A stretch of DNA of 62,667 nt, filler included, from Mitosporidium daphniae (lineage: Eukaryota), in the NCBI RefSeq assembly GCF_000760515.2. It is 2 parts of 2 records of this genome, joined end to end, with 100 filler letters (N's around TTAATTAATTAA, not from the genome) between each part and the next. Parts side by side here need not be neighbours in the genome. Positions count along the whole stretch, not along the records: positions 1 to 31,284 come from NW_013546245.1; 1 more part is not named here. One strand, 5' to 3'. The notes under the pieces were generated by a model. That model did no database searches. It had not been told where the DNA came from and saw only the letters and a program-made list of their open reading frames with translations. Below, in pieces: positions 10,605 through 23,328 of the stretch (its first letter is position 1; each line of letters opens with the position of its first letter). The translations under genes were made by a program, and so were the position numbers.

Positions 10605-13442
10605 TCAGTTTTTGTTGTAAGCCTTTTTTCTGATAAGAGTCAATTTGGCTCTCGCTTGGGAAAGCTTGGATTCGAGCCCCATTATTTCGATTTGTTGGTT
10701 CCGTTCCGCAATGGTCAACTGATGGGAATTTGATGCCTCCAAGTCTTCAGGATTTCTGGAAGTTGCTTCTTCGGACATGGTAAATTGCTGCATATACGCC
10801 TTTTTTGCCACAGACGCCAAAGAAGATGTCGTGGAGGCAACTTGCTTTGAAGCATTTTCAAGGCCCAGCTGGTTTGGAGAAAATAAATTGGTGGCCTTTA
10901 CCCTTGCTGCTGTTACTAGTTGAATGGTCCCAGCTGCAACTTCTTTTGCACCAACTAGGACGCTTTCAACTTGGCCCTCAAACCCATTTGAAGAAGAGTA
11001 TGATTTGGATGCCTCGCCTAAAAACGCCATTGAAGAGACAACTGTCCTTGCGGCAGAAATAAGCCCCTCCGTCCATTTTGAGTCTTTCAAATAGTATTTT
11101 GCGTTTACGCTTTTTCCTCCGCTGTTTACAATTTCCTCTTGACAAAGGGTGGCATATTTCATCAGCAATGTCAATGCATCGGTGACTCCAAGCGTTGAAT
11201 CAATCACAACGGATTTTTGCTCTTTCTTCAGCTGTGCTGCAATGGCATCTATTTGAGAAGCTGCCTCTGATAATTCCCGAAAAAGATCGTTTGAGAATAC
11301 CTCCCTATTTTCATCTTGAAGGAGAGAAATAGAGTCTTTTGTTTGCGTCAAAAAGGATTTTAATTTGGCAAGAATCTCTTCACAAGAGTTCACATCAAAT
11401 GTTTTCGAGCTTTCTAGAAGGGTTCTAATATGTCGGTAAAAAAGTATTCCCGTTTCCGCAATATGCGACTCATGCTGACTTGTTTCTTCAAACGCATCAA
11501 AGAGCTGCTTTAAAAAAAAGATAATGTTTTCAATAGTCAAAGAAAATGACTGGAATTCAGAGCTTATACTGCAAATATTGAGACCTTTGTGATCGCTTGT
11601 TTTGTCGGTGAGTAGCAAGATATCATTTAGTGCATTAGGAACCACGGTATTGATGTTTTCCAGTGCCTTTTCAATCAGCGAATATCCGAAAGCCCAATTG
11701 ACATCTGAATTTAAGGGTTGGACGGAGTTTTCATGGGCTTTCGCCAATGAAGATTCTAGTAGCAAAAAAAAGGAGCTTCGAGTCTCCAATTCTCTCTAAG
11801 ACGTTATTCAACGCCATTTAGGCTTACCGACTGCGCTGCTGTATAGGCATCTTTCCATCTCTGCATTTTAGAATTAAAAGAAGCCTCCAGGTTTCTTAAT
11901 TGAACTTTGTGGTCTTCTGAAGAAATGGCGGAGCCATCTGCCATTGATAGCTGCTCGTGCAGGGACTTGATTTCGCTTTCCAGCAAACCAATCCTCTCCA
12001 TTTGGTCCTATAGGATTTCACAAACAGGCAGAGCGTACCTTGACTTTTTTTTGCAATTTTATGAGCATGGGTTCATATTCCAGTAAGGAATCAACTTGTT
12101 TCGAGAGTTCCGAGGCCTTGTTCTTTGCTTTGTTCAGTTCTTCTTGGAGCTCTTGATATAGCCCTATCAGGGTATTGTATTTCTCCAAGAGCTCGTGATA
12201 TTTGGCCTTCCAATCAACGCCTATGGGTGAGAAAATAAAACGGAGGTTTACTATCACTGCCAAATTGAAGCTTCTGCAGTTCGTTTTCTAAGGATTCAAT
12301 TTGCTAGCAATAAGTACGACCATAAATTACCTGTTGCTGGTAAATAGATTGCTGTCGAGAATATTCAAGCTGATCTGGGAATTGGTCGGCAAAGCTTCCG
12401 GATGAAGATGATTTTCCCATCTTCAGGATGTCGTTAAACTTTGTTTCCTTTGAAACTTCGGATGAAGAAGACAAAGAAGCCCTTTTAGAGGACATATTTT
12501 CAATGAAAAACGGAGCTTTCTAAATTTAGTCGGAAAACTGCATACATCCGGTAAGCTGGGGACAACTATTATGGAGGTCAAGTATTTCAGCGTATTACAA
12601 TCAGAATAGAAAGTCTTCAACTTCCAAAATAGCTCAATGTATCTATCCTTTAGGGGAACAAGAACCTGGACATCCTCAACGACTGCTAAGTGGGATCAAA
12701 CATACCATACCTGTGAACATGGCCTCCAAGATTTTGGTAGCAAATTTGTAGATGCCATCCGACTCTTCGACTAAAGGAATCAGAGCACCTTGAAGGCATG
12801 TTTGATCTCTCGATCCTCTGAAGGCAGATCCGATTAGATGCTGCAGCCGTAAAATATGGGATAAAAGATCCAATAGATCCCAGATCACTCCATAACTAAA
12901 AAAAGTTTGGTAAAAATACCTATGGTTAATGCTGTCGTCTCCTTTTCTTGAGATATACTCTTTAAAATCAAATTTCCCATTGAACTCTGGATAGATTTTG
13001 TGGAAGGCCAGCTTTGCCTTTAAGTATACAACGTAAGGCTGAATCAGGGACAAATAACCTAAGATTTGTAATTCAAGTAGGTACCGTAGACACTATTGGA
13101 ATATTGGCTTTGTCGACACAATGAATCTAGATACTCAACCTCGTTTAAAGATTCCGACAAAACAATATGCGGGCCATCTAAAAGCATCTTATGTATCACA
13201 ACCAAGGCTTTAAAGCACATCAGTCCGTTTGATAAAATTGGCTGTCCCTTTAACCCATCCCAGACTGGCTTACATGTGGCATGGTCCCAGGTGTACAGAA
13301 TGCACCCTAATGGAGATAACGAACCAAATGGCGTACATCGAACATGCTTCTGCTTGGGAGCGACCTCTTCATCGTTGGTAGACTTTTTTAAATGTTCATA
13401 TAATTCAGCTTCTTTTTTTTCCCTATAAGAGGACATTGTCAT
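10605..13442 (-). CDS. SLA2: Sla2/End4/HIP1R endocytic adaptor (ANTH, coiled coil, I/LWEQ), multi-exon
   Basis: ANTH N-terminus EVAPKQKHVR..CILYTWDH...CFKALVVIHKML, a central coiled coil, and a THATCH domain KWTEGLISAA...QLVTAARVKA...LESKLSQARAKL. Confidence 0.93.
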
Positions 13443-15362
13443 TTCGTAAAGCTCAAAAATATATTTGGGAACAATCCATAATATATCAAGATTCTACTTT
13501 TGGAACCAATTTAATTCGTCGATTTTTGGACCATTAAAACTTTGTTTAATTAAATTTGCAAACTTGGCATGTAAAATTTAGCGCAGCAGTAGGGTTATCA
13601 TCCAATTTGAACGAAGCGCTACATCAACTGGCAAGGAATTGAATTTTAATTTATAAATGGAAACTCTGAATGAAAATCATGTTATCGTCATCGGTCCTGC
13701 TGTTTGCCATTGATCCAAATGGGCATGCTTTGCATCTTTGGCTTTAATTTTAAATATTCCCAAATTTAATTTTACAAAGTTTATTTGGAGACAGAAGCAG
13801 AGCGATCCGTTGTGAAATCTATTTATGAACACATTAAAAGAGATCTAATATCAATAAATTTGATCAAGTAAAATCAATATATACCAAAGTTCTGGTGTAT
13901 TTGGCCTATAGTGGGTTTGACTAGCCTTACTGCGGTGTGATGCGTTCAAAATTGCAAGGATAACTTTATTTTAAGACGCCAGTTTTTAAAGTTAGAATGG
14001 GCGCCATACGAACTTCAATTGGCTTTTAAAACAATTGCAAGTATCCCAGTTGTTTAAGTTTCATTTATCAAGTTAGGGCTCTATCGGTGCGGCTCGCGCT
14101 CTTTTCAAGCAGAAAAGCGATGCAATCACAATGATTATTGCATCGACACTTTGGTGCGCTAATTTTAGGAATACTAATTCCCACTTTGTGGATTTTAAAT
14201 TCACAATTACTTAATTTGCGGCGCATAATAAGCTTGACCCCAAATAGGACGACCTGATAATTAAATTTTCAGAGTTTACTTGATGATATCGGTAATTTTC
14301 GAGTTTAGTGCTCTCAGTTGATGAAAAATTTACGGTCCAAAGCGGTATAAAATGCAAGCAATTTTTCGGGAAGCTGTACATTTCAATGAGCATTCAAAAA
14401 ATTGTATTTCCGATAGTTTTTATTGGCGGTTTTCTCTTTCCTCAATCACGCTGCTGAGGATCCATACATTGTGTTAATAACGAAATTAAGTATTTTAATT
14501 GGGATACTAGAAGCGCTAAAGAATTCAGAAGACAATATGAATCCCGTGGAACTGCTAACATGTGGCTGGTAATGGGACTAATCGAGAAAGCAGCAAAGAA
14601 ACACTGAAATTGAACTTGAAGCGAATTCCAGCGCTATTCATTAACTTTTTTTAAACTCTTTAATGGATTAGATAAGCGAATATTATCAGAGCTGGACAAG
14701 ACATTTACAATATCCATTTTACCGCTAATAAATAGATATCGCGGTCTAGCTTCAACAGCATGATATAATAAAAACTTTGGATATTTTCCGAGGTTCCCTA
14801 GTCGCTTAACCTTTTCCCTGAACATTAATCGCTGTATAATGGAATCAAAATATAAATCCATTGCGAAATCACGCCCTCCATCCGGCTACATAGATGTCCT
14901 TTTTCTTGTTAAACGCTTTTTGTGATATTTTTACCCACAGTAAAGCGTGTGGCTGATAGCATAAGAGCGAATCAATCACCTTCAGAAGTATTTCTTGAGA
15001 TTTATGTTTGTACCCCTTTTTAGCTATCCTATGCGCCTTTTTCGGCAAAGACTACTTTTTTGAACTCTCTTTAATTTAGCACCATGATACAGAAACCAAT
15101 AGTGTGCTCAACATGCCCCCTAATCCAATGGGACACCTTATGTATCAGTATTTGCTACACTTTAACGTAGTTTCATGCATATGATTGGCTGTTTTTATTT
15201 AGGATTATGGACAGCCATGCTAAAGTAGATAGGTTGAACTTTTATCGAGCCTTGTAAAATAAACTTTATGTACCAATAATTTCAATGTTTTATAACAAAT
15301 GTCCTAGCCAATGAAATAAAGGTGTTAATTTATTTACCAAGGGTGGTAGAATATTTATTCAC

Positions 15363-16781
15363 ATGAAGTTCCGTCCTGCAGCCTTAGCCTTTTTACTTTT
15401 TGGATTTGTTGCTATTGTCTTGATCTATAACTTAAAAAGACATTTTGATCCCAGTTTTGAAGAAAATGTCCAAACATCAGAGAATATTAAGGTCGCTTCT
15501 CTTCTCGATCCTGCGGCCCTAAATTCTTCTTCCTCGTTAGTTCCTAAAAGTACTAAAGCTACTNTTTATTTGAAAAATACAACGATCGAGTACAAAGAAT
15601 CGGCTTCAAAAAAATATTCCCTCATCTTGGATTTTGGGATAGCAATAATGGCCCTTTCTGCTTTGTTAGTCCATGTTCTGCGATTCAATAGATATGCCAA
15701 ACCAGTCCCAATGAATCTTTCTGTTTTATTTAGGCGCTTGTTACTCATATGCTTAGCTCCAGGCTTTTTTTATGCGAATCGATATTTTAAAATCTTTAAG
15801 CGAAAAGAAACAATTATTGACAATGCCTTCCTAAAATTTATATACCCAAATTTGCGTTATAATTTTATGTCATCCGAAGAAATCAATATTTTGGCCTTTT
15901 GTATCGCAAAATATCTAGGAATTGAAGAAGAAGATTTGTATTATTATTGGACAAAACTTGAAAGAATGGAATATGAGGATGTGGTAACACCTAAACTTTC
16001 AAGGAAATACATAGTTATTTATCCCACAACCAGGGACACATTTCCCGAAATGTTACCCGCTTCTAGGTTTTTTAAATTAGATTCCAGGAAAGAAAGGAGC
16101 GATGAAGACCAACACTTACAACGCTACACGGTTCTGGAAGCTTCTACATTCAATAATGACGAGTATCTTAAAGAGTTTGAAAAGGATAGATCGCTAGAAG
16201 ATTCTCAAAGCTATCAATTTCATTTGATCGCAATGTACCAATTCAATAAGCATGTAATCATGTTCGATTTAGTCCTTAATAATAGAATCAATAATTTTCT
16301 TTATAATAGTTCCTTTGATACAGTTAAAAGGATTGAGGAAAAGTATCTACGTACCAATAAGCTTTCTAACTCAGATATGATGAAAGAAGTCTACGATTCC
16401 CTTGAAATTGTGCAACTTCAAACCTCAAGAGCCATTATTGAAAGAATGAAAGGTAAAAAGCAGACGGATAAAATCATGGAAATATATGAAGATCCTAAAT
16501 TTGTTTCTGCTAGAAACTGCTTGAAAACGGCCAAGACAGAAGGCTCTGTGAAATATAATATTCAATATATGTTCTTTTATAGCCGTTCTCATAAAAATCC
16601 GCAAAAATACATCGAGAAAAACCATTCTCAAGACCCCCTACACTCAAACCCTCTAATGAACGACGATATAGTTGATTTTGAGATAAACGTAAATTATCCT
16701 TCAGAAGAGTCGGTTACTAGACATTATCTATCTTGGGTTATAAACTTATTCGTGGAAATGGGCGTGAAATCCTCGGACTGA
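15363..16781 (+). CDS. Lineage-specific 472-aa protein with an N-terminal signal/anchor and further hydrophobic segments
   Basis: Long intronless AT-rich ORF (one N at 15564) starting MKFRPAALAFLLFGFVAIVLIY. No recognisable family. Confidence 0.75.
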   Translation: MKFRPAALAFLLFGFVAIVLIYNLKRHFDPSFEENVQTSENIKVASLLDPAALNSSSSLVPKSTKATXYLKNTTIEYKESASKKYSLILDFGIAIMALSALLVHVLRFNRYAKPVPMNLSVLFRRLLLICLAPGFFYANRYFKIFKRKETIIDNAFLKFIYPNLRYNFMSSEEINILAFCIAKYLGIEEEDLYYYWTKLERMEYEDVVTPKLSRKYIVIYPTTRDTFPEMLPASRFFKLDSRKERSDEDQHLQRYTVLEASTFNNDEYLKEFEKDRSLEDSQSYQFHLIAMYQFNKHVIMFDLVLNNRINNFLYNSSFDTVKRIEEKYLRTNKLSNSDMMKEVYDSLEIVQLQTSRAIIERMKGKKQTDKIMEIYEDPKFVSARNCLKTAKTEGSVKYNIQYMFFYSRSHKNPQKYIEKNHSQDPLHSNPLMNDDIVDFEINVNYPSEESVTRHYLSWVINLFVEMGVKSSD

Positions 16782-18209
16782 TAGCCTTCCAAAGACTCAA
16801 ATTCCAAGTTAACATGAGAATAAAATTTTGTAGTTACAGGTTTCGGTTGCGTAATCCGAATTTAAAAGGAACATTCAAACCATAATGCTTCTATTAAGGT
16901 TGGGCCAAGCCCATCTAGAATGTACTTCAACCGAATTCAGGGTTGTCAGTATAAACATTCACCGTGGTATGGCAAGCAGCATTTAATAGATTGTGTTCGA
17001 TATGTTCGAAGCTTACAATAGAGCAAGCCCTAACGCTCAAGTGATTAGGGGTAATCCAAGGCATCAGGTGCGCTATATTTTTCGCCCCCAAGCTTAAAAA
17101 TCTGAAATTTCGAAAATGTTGAAATAGCGATTTATTGATTTGGAACATTCGTCTGTTTTTGAGAAAAGGGATTCACAAGTGCTTTTGAATTTGGTTTCAC
17201 AGAAAAATTGTATTTCTAAATCAATTTTGAGCCTTTTAATGTGTTGGGGTAGAACGATATGGGGAGATCGCCCATTTAAAACCCTACAGTCTAAATCCAA
17301 GATCAAGCAGATAATTTGCTCACGATCCGAACTGGCCTGATGTGTTATGCCATTCTCAATATTTCAGCTTTTACCACTCGTATTCCTAAGCCTTGGTCCA
17401 CCATGCAATTTAGAGAGTCAAGCGAATCCTTTGGCTTTCTTCATAGGCAAAAAACTCATTGCAGAGGAAGCCTTATTTTCTTCCATTTAGTGCAGGGGCG
17501 AGAGAGGGCGTAACCAATGTGAAAGAGCATCGACAAATCTGAAATTCACCATACCCTTTTACATCCAAAGTGATAAATCTCACATAAATGTCAATTAAAA
17601 CACTAGAGGTTTCGCAATTCCGAGGAGCCCCACCCAGAAGCAATATCCGTCAAACGAGAAATTGATACCAGTATTTATATCAAATAATAGCAGCCCAGCT
17701 GATTGCAGTAAATATCTGCTCAAATCATTATGAGAGCGTTTGAGAGGAATCTTGCCGCATATTTTTTTGGGACCGACTGATCACCTTTTGGATAAGCTTA
17801 GATGTCGCAGCCTTTTATTTTTTGGAAATCCAGCCGGAAGCTTTATGGACCAGCCATTTTATATTAGAGATGAAGCACCCTTGTGGTTTATTGGCTTACT
17901 TTAATATTTAAGCATATGCTTTGCTGGCCATGTAGATGTTTAAAGCCGACAGGGCAGTCTGGGAGTTAAATTTATCTGGGCCAATACGGATAAGTCAAAA
18001 GTCGGGCGGGAAAAGCTATAAGGTACCGGATCCTATCATCTCATATGTTTTCTAAAACCGGTAAGCTTATAATAGATGCAAATCTGGGGATCGATCAAGT
18101 GTGTTCTGCCTTTTAATTTGCATCGGGTATTTGTAAATTGCTTGGCAATTTTTTTCAATTCATAGCCTATTTTAGTTTTGAAATTCAAAATTAAAAGAAG
18201 GGGTTATTG

Positions 18210-19631
18210 ATGGTGGATGTGGCTGATTTGCTGCGGACACCAACCAGGCTAGTATCACCAACTTGCTCAAAACAGCGATTTAACACCATATGGGAGATAG
18301 ATGCAAGCCTGGAAGAAATCTTGCTAAAAAGCACTTCATCGTCCTCCATCAAGCGGAAAAAAACAAGAAATTTCTTCTGTGTTTCTCCCGCCAATGTGCG
18401 TGTGACATATTCGATAGATTGTACGCCAAACACCCCAGTGATAGTCGAGAAGTCTAAACGAGACTATCCATTTTTAAGCTCGCCCCTTTTTGAGAAAAGC
18501 AACGACATCAAAGAAAGGATCCTTTGCTCATCTCCAATTCGAAGATCCGATGAAAGAATATCCAAAAGGCCAACATCGAGAAGAAACCCAAATCCCATAA
18601 GGATCGGATCAAAATCGGATCTTTTTGTAGAAAATGCCAAGCATAGTAAACGAAATAGAAAAGGAGCTTCCGTTCACGAAAACATTGAGCCATCAAAAAT
18701 TAAAATCAGACACAAAGACCAGGCGATTGCCCAAGTTTATCTATCCATTTCAAGCGAGTGGTGCGATGATATTTCCTCTTTTTTTCACGTCTGCCTACGT
18801 ACACTACTGAAGGAAGCAAAAATCGCCTATAAAGTTGTCCCCGGCGCATCTATATCTCCTTTCAAAGCGGTTTTATATCGCGAATTAGACAAATATTCTA
18901 AAGTTGAAAGATCTTCTATTTGGATCGACCCCTCCTGTCAAAAATGCAGGGAAGGAAACGAGAGCTCATTGATGGATGCAGGAGCTTCATTTTTGTTTGT
19001 GACGTCGGAGGAATTTTGCGAGATGAGCACACCCGGACTTATGGGTGCGATTGATCGGCATGATTTGTGCGTTATTCATCGCCGAATAACTCTCGTTCTT
19101 CTCCCTAAGGACCAACAAAAGAAAAAAGCCAATTTGGTCGTGTTTCCTGATCCGAGCTACTGCAAGCATAGCGAACAAATTCAAAGAAAGATTTTAGAGA
19201 TGCAGCTGACAAATATTTGTCAGATTTTGGATTGGAAATCAGGCTCCATTTCTTCATTGGGAGCAATGATCATCGAACTTGTGAGGACAGTTGCATTTGA
19301 GCCATTCCGCATAAAGTCGCTTGGAGAAGCACTAAGCAGTACCGGAAGGAAGGGGCGAGAACAAAAGGAAATCTTCAGGAAAATGCTGCTTCTTATTAAT
19401 GGCGTGTCAGAGGCAGTTGCAATTGCGATAGTTGGAAGATGGGCATCCCTCGGAACTCTTATTCGTTACCTACGGGAACGAGAAAAAAATGAAGGCTTGC
19501 TAGCAGCATCTTTGGCTTTAGCAGAGATAGATGTACAAAGGCCCAAGTCAATCAAGAACATTGGAAGCACGCTTTCGCAGCGCATATTTGGTGTATTGAT
19601 GGGTTTGGATCCAGAGGTAAAATTCTCGTAA
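18210..19631 (+). CDS. EME1: EME1/Mms4-like subunit of the Mus81 endonuclease
   Basis: The C-terminal HhH region KMLLLINGVSEAVAIAIVGRW...LAEIDVQR...NIGSTLSQRIF resembles EME1. A disordered N-terminus precedes an ERCC4-like middle. Confidence 0.75.
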   Translation: MVDVADLLRTPTRLVSPTCSKQRFNTIWEIDASLEEILLKSTSSSSIKRKKTRNFFCVSPANVRVTYSIDCTPNTPVIVEKSKRDYPFLSSPLFEKSNDIKERILCSSPIRRSDERISKRPTSRRNPNPIRIGSKSDLFVENAKHSKRNRKGASVHENIEPSKIKIRHKDQAIAQVYLSISSEWCDDISSFFHVCLRTLLKEAKIAYKVVPGASISPFKAVLYRELDKYSKVERSSIWIDPSCQKCREGNESSLMDAGASFLFVTSEEFCEMSTPGLMGAIDRHDLCVIHRRITLVLLPKDQQKKKANLVVFPDPSYCKHSEQIQRKILEMQLTNICQILDWKSGSISSLGAMIIELVRTVAFEPFRIKSLGEALSSTGRKGREQKEIFRKMLLLINGVSEAVAIAIVGRWASLGTLIRYLREREKNEGLLAASLALAEIDVQRPKSIKNIGSTLSQRIFGVLMGLDPEVKFS

Positions 19632-19683
19632 ATGCTCGATGTTGTAATTGACGTGTAAACTAAGTTGTAAATTTAATTTTTTT

Positions 19684-22620
19684 ATGAAAACGGACGCCAA
19701 AAGGGCTCGGCTCTTGGCCCAGTATACACACAAGAAGCTTCTGAAGGAGGAGAAACAAACTCTTCTAGAGGGTCTGGCAAATGAACACAAAAAAAGAAAG
19801 GAACTTTTGGCAAAGTACGAGCTGCAAAAGAAAAACATTTCTTCCAGCTCTGTTTCTTCAAAACGTGCAGTTAGAGAGGCTCTTTACACTAAAGCCATCG
19901 AGGAGACACATATTGAAGACAATAGGCAAAATTGTTTCAAACAAGAATTAATATCTCACTCTTCTTTGGAGGTAGAGCGTGTTTCATCCTCTGGCGAAGA
20001 TGATTGGGACGGATTTCTTGATCCTCCAAAAGAGATAGTAGAAAAAAACATCCACGATCCGCAAGATTTTACCGCGGGTAGCGCTCCTCTGACAGGGGCA
20101 TCCCTTTTTAGGATCTTTAATCGTTTGCCTAAGGTTGAGGAGGACCGTTCAAGTTTGCCAATTTTGTCAGAAGAACAGTCGATTGTGGAGATGATTAGAT
20201 ACAATGACATCTCTTTTATTTGCGGAGAGACCGGCTCAGGAAAAACAACTCAGCTTCCACAGTTTTTATTGGAGTCCGGATTTGCTGACCCATCTTCTTC
20301 TCTTTTTCCTGGAAAGATCATTGTGACACAGCCACGTAGGGTGGCTGCAATGTCAATGGCAGCTAGAGTAGCTCATGAGCTTAATGAAGAAGGTATCGTG
20401 GGCTATCAAGTCCGCTACGACAGCACTCAAAACACAGAGGCAACACGGGTGATTTTCATGACTGATGGCATTCTGCTTCGTATCATCGCAAACGATTTCC
20501 TACTCTCTGCTTATTCGGTGATTATCCTTGATGAGGCGCATGAAAGGAGCGTAAATACAGATCTATTGCTTGGTCTGCTGACAAGGATCGTCGCCCTGAG
20601 AAGAAAAAAATTTGACCAAGTACAGGGCTCCCAGGGTACTCCTTTGAAGCTTGTCATCATGAGTGCAACGCTTCAGATGGAAGAGCCGGAGCTTGAGAAC
20701 GAAAAAAAAGTAGCAGACTTGGTTCAACAGACTCCTTCGATGTCTTTATCTCCTCAATCTACTCTTTTCCGTGGATTAGCTCGACCACCGCCGTTTATTG
20801 ATATTCCCTCACGCCAGTTTCCCATCCATATCCATTATTCGAAAAAAACACCGACGGATATGCTATCCGAAGCATATAGGAAAGTTCTTCAAATCCATAA
20901 GAAGCTGCCTGCAGGCGGTATTCTTGTCTTCGTTACAGGCCAGGATGAGGTATGGTCGCTCATAGACCGATTGCGTGGTAACAAAACTCGGAAAGGTGAT
21001 CGCCCCACTGTTCTTCCAGAAACTATCAATGACCCTCTTTCTATGGATGACCGGGATGATCGTTCCGCAGAGCCCGAATACCACTCCATTGTTGATGCGA
21101 ATAATACAGAGAACAATGACCGTCATGGCAACGAGTCTGAGGATATTAGTGAAGACGAGGAGCTTCATCCAAGGATGTTACCACCAATGCGTGTGCTACC
21201 ATTCTATTCCTTGCTACCGTATGCAGAGCAGGAAAAAGTGCTTACCGCCTCTTGCTCCCTGAATGATTCTGAGCGCCTTGTAATTGTCGCTACCAATCTT
21301 GCGGAGACATCTCTCACCATTCCTGGAGTTTCTTATGTTGTTGACACAGGGCGAGTCAAGCGGCGCACATTTGATGGAAATGGCGTAGAAAGCTATTCGA
21401 CGTCTTGGATTTCCAAGGCGAGCGCAAGACAACGAGCTGGTCGGGCTGGAAGAACCGGTCCAGGACACGTTTACCGACTCTATTCTAGCTCTCTTTTCGA
21501 GGACCTTTTTGATGACTTTGACACTCCAGAGATCCTTCGTATGCCAGCAGAGAGTACTTTAGTTTTCTAACGCATCGTAGATATGGTGTTGCAAATGAAA
21601 GCTATGAACATTGATAATGTGGCCCACTTTCCCTTCCCCACTGCGCCAGATCCTGTCAAATTGGAGCAAGGGGAGCGACTTTTGCTGCTGCTTGGTGCGC
21701 TCTCGACGCCTACAGCGGTGGTTACTGAGATTGGTCGAGGGATGGCACTCTTTCCGGTGCCTGTACGTCTATCAAGAATGTAAGTAATCTTGGCTCATTT
21801 CTGTAGGATTGTCGGTGCCGTTCAGCTGGGAAACTCTTTGCTGCTAAGAAGCGTCTTAGACTTGGCCTCGATTCTTTCCGTGGAAAGTCCTTTTATTGCT
21901 GGAAAATCCCGCGAGGTCCTGGCCTCATGTGAAGACGTACTAGCTATGGCCAGACCATTTTCGGACTTGTTTTTGTATTTACATCTTTTTCAAGGCTTTT
22001 CAAAGCTATCATCCCGAAACGAGCAGCGTTCATTTGTCACCCGGTGCCACCTCAATGAAAAGGTTTGTCTTCTTGACTTTTTCTAGTGTCTCAAAGAGGC
22101 TCTCAGGTTAAGATCTCAGCTGGGAACAATAATTTCTCGCTCTTTTGTCAAGGCAGATGCCCTTGAGCCGACAAGCGAACCAATTTGCCCCAAAGATGTC
22201 AACTCCATTTGGTCCCAGCTGATTTCTTTGTTTCTCTTGGCACATCCGGACTGCATTGCAAAGCGGGTCTCTTCCCCGGGCAAAATGCCCGTTTTTTTGC
22301 CTGTAGGCCTGGCAACATGCTCTACAATTAGACTGACCTCTCCCATTTCTACATGGATCTCATTTATCACAATGCCAAACGAAAAAAACGAAGCTCAAAT
22401 TTGCAAGGCCAAGCCAGATACATCGTCGATATTTTCTACAGCTTCTTTTCGGAATAAGAAGCTCGGTGGGTGGTTCGTTTATGGACGGATCAGGCAGCAT
22501 CTTGATACAGATAGGATGGGCGTAGGGAAGATCTCCTTATCCATACTTTCTGAAATACCGGATCCGACCTTACTTCCCGAGCATCTGCTGAAGCTATTTT
22601 CGTCAAATAAATTAACTTAA
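19684..22620 (+). CDS. DHR1: DEAH-box RNA helicase Dhr1/Ecm16/DHX37
   Basis: GETGSGKTTQLPQFLLESGF, TQPRRVAA, DEAHERSVNTD, MSAT, ATNLAETSLTIP, QRAGRAGRTGPGHVYRLYS and VLQMKAMNIDNVAHFPFPT. Introns at 21554-21580, 21780-21807 and 22063-22086. Confidence 0.9.
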
Positions 22621-22795
22621 TTGCCTGCTATCTTTTGAATCTAAATCTGCGGCAAATATGTGCTGTCCGGATAGCTAATATTCCCTGTGTGTTGTGGTCT
22701 CATTTGCAATCGCAGCGGCAATGTTAACGTACAAAATAGAGTCAAACGAAACACATATCGATGGACATTTTAATATAATTTGCATGCTCATGGGG

Positions 22796-23232
22796 CTAAG
22801 GCGATTTCCGATTATTGTAGGCCATATTTCCGGCCGTTGCAAACGAATATACGCTGTCAGGATATCCGGAAAAGGTGTTTTTGGACATGCCTTGCTCATT
22901 TGGGGACATCAAAAGAGATCCTGAGATGGAGCCCGGCTTTTCTAGGGGTTAGCTGTGCGATTCAAACTTTTTTTTGCAGATTGAGAGATGGGCGTTATTC
23001 TGGCATTCAAATAGTATTGCCAATATGAGAATGAAAACAAAACCAAGAAAATTAGCGCGCTGAGAAAGCAGTTGAGAGCGGCCGTGTCGGCTTCGCTGAG
23101 CGGCCTTGAGTGGAAAAACTGGGGATCTCGTGACTGATAGCACAGACCAAGAGCGGTGAGAAAGACTACACCAAAGGCCGAATATATACACACAATTACG
23201 GATAATACTCTGGAAATAAAGGGCCTTACCAT
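22796..23232 (-). CDS. V-ATPase subunit f / RNASEK-like two-TM protein
   Basis: MVRPFIS...CIYSAFGVVFLTALG...NCFLSALIFLVLFSFSYWQYYL resembles yeast V0 subunit f. A probable 26-nt intron at 22942-22967 (branch GCTAAC) extends the frame to TAG at 22796. Unspliced, it stops at 22942. Confidence 0.75.
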
Positions 23233-23328
23233 AAACAAGGGGCCTATCTTGACAAAAAATTTATATTTTAGTTTAATTCGGTTCCCATTGGCTGGCCCGT
23301 AACTTGATAAAAGTGGGCAATAAATAAA

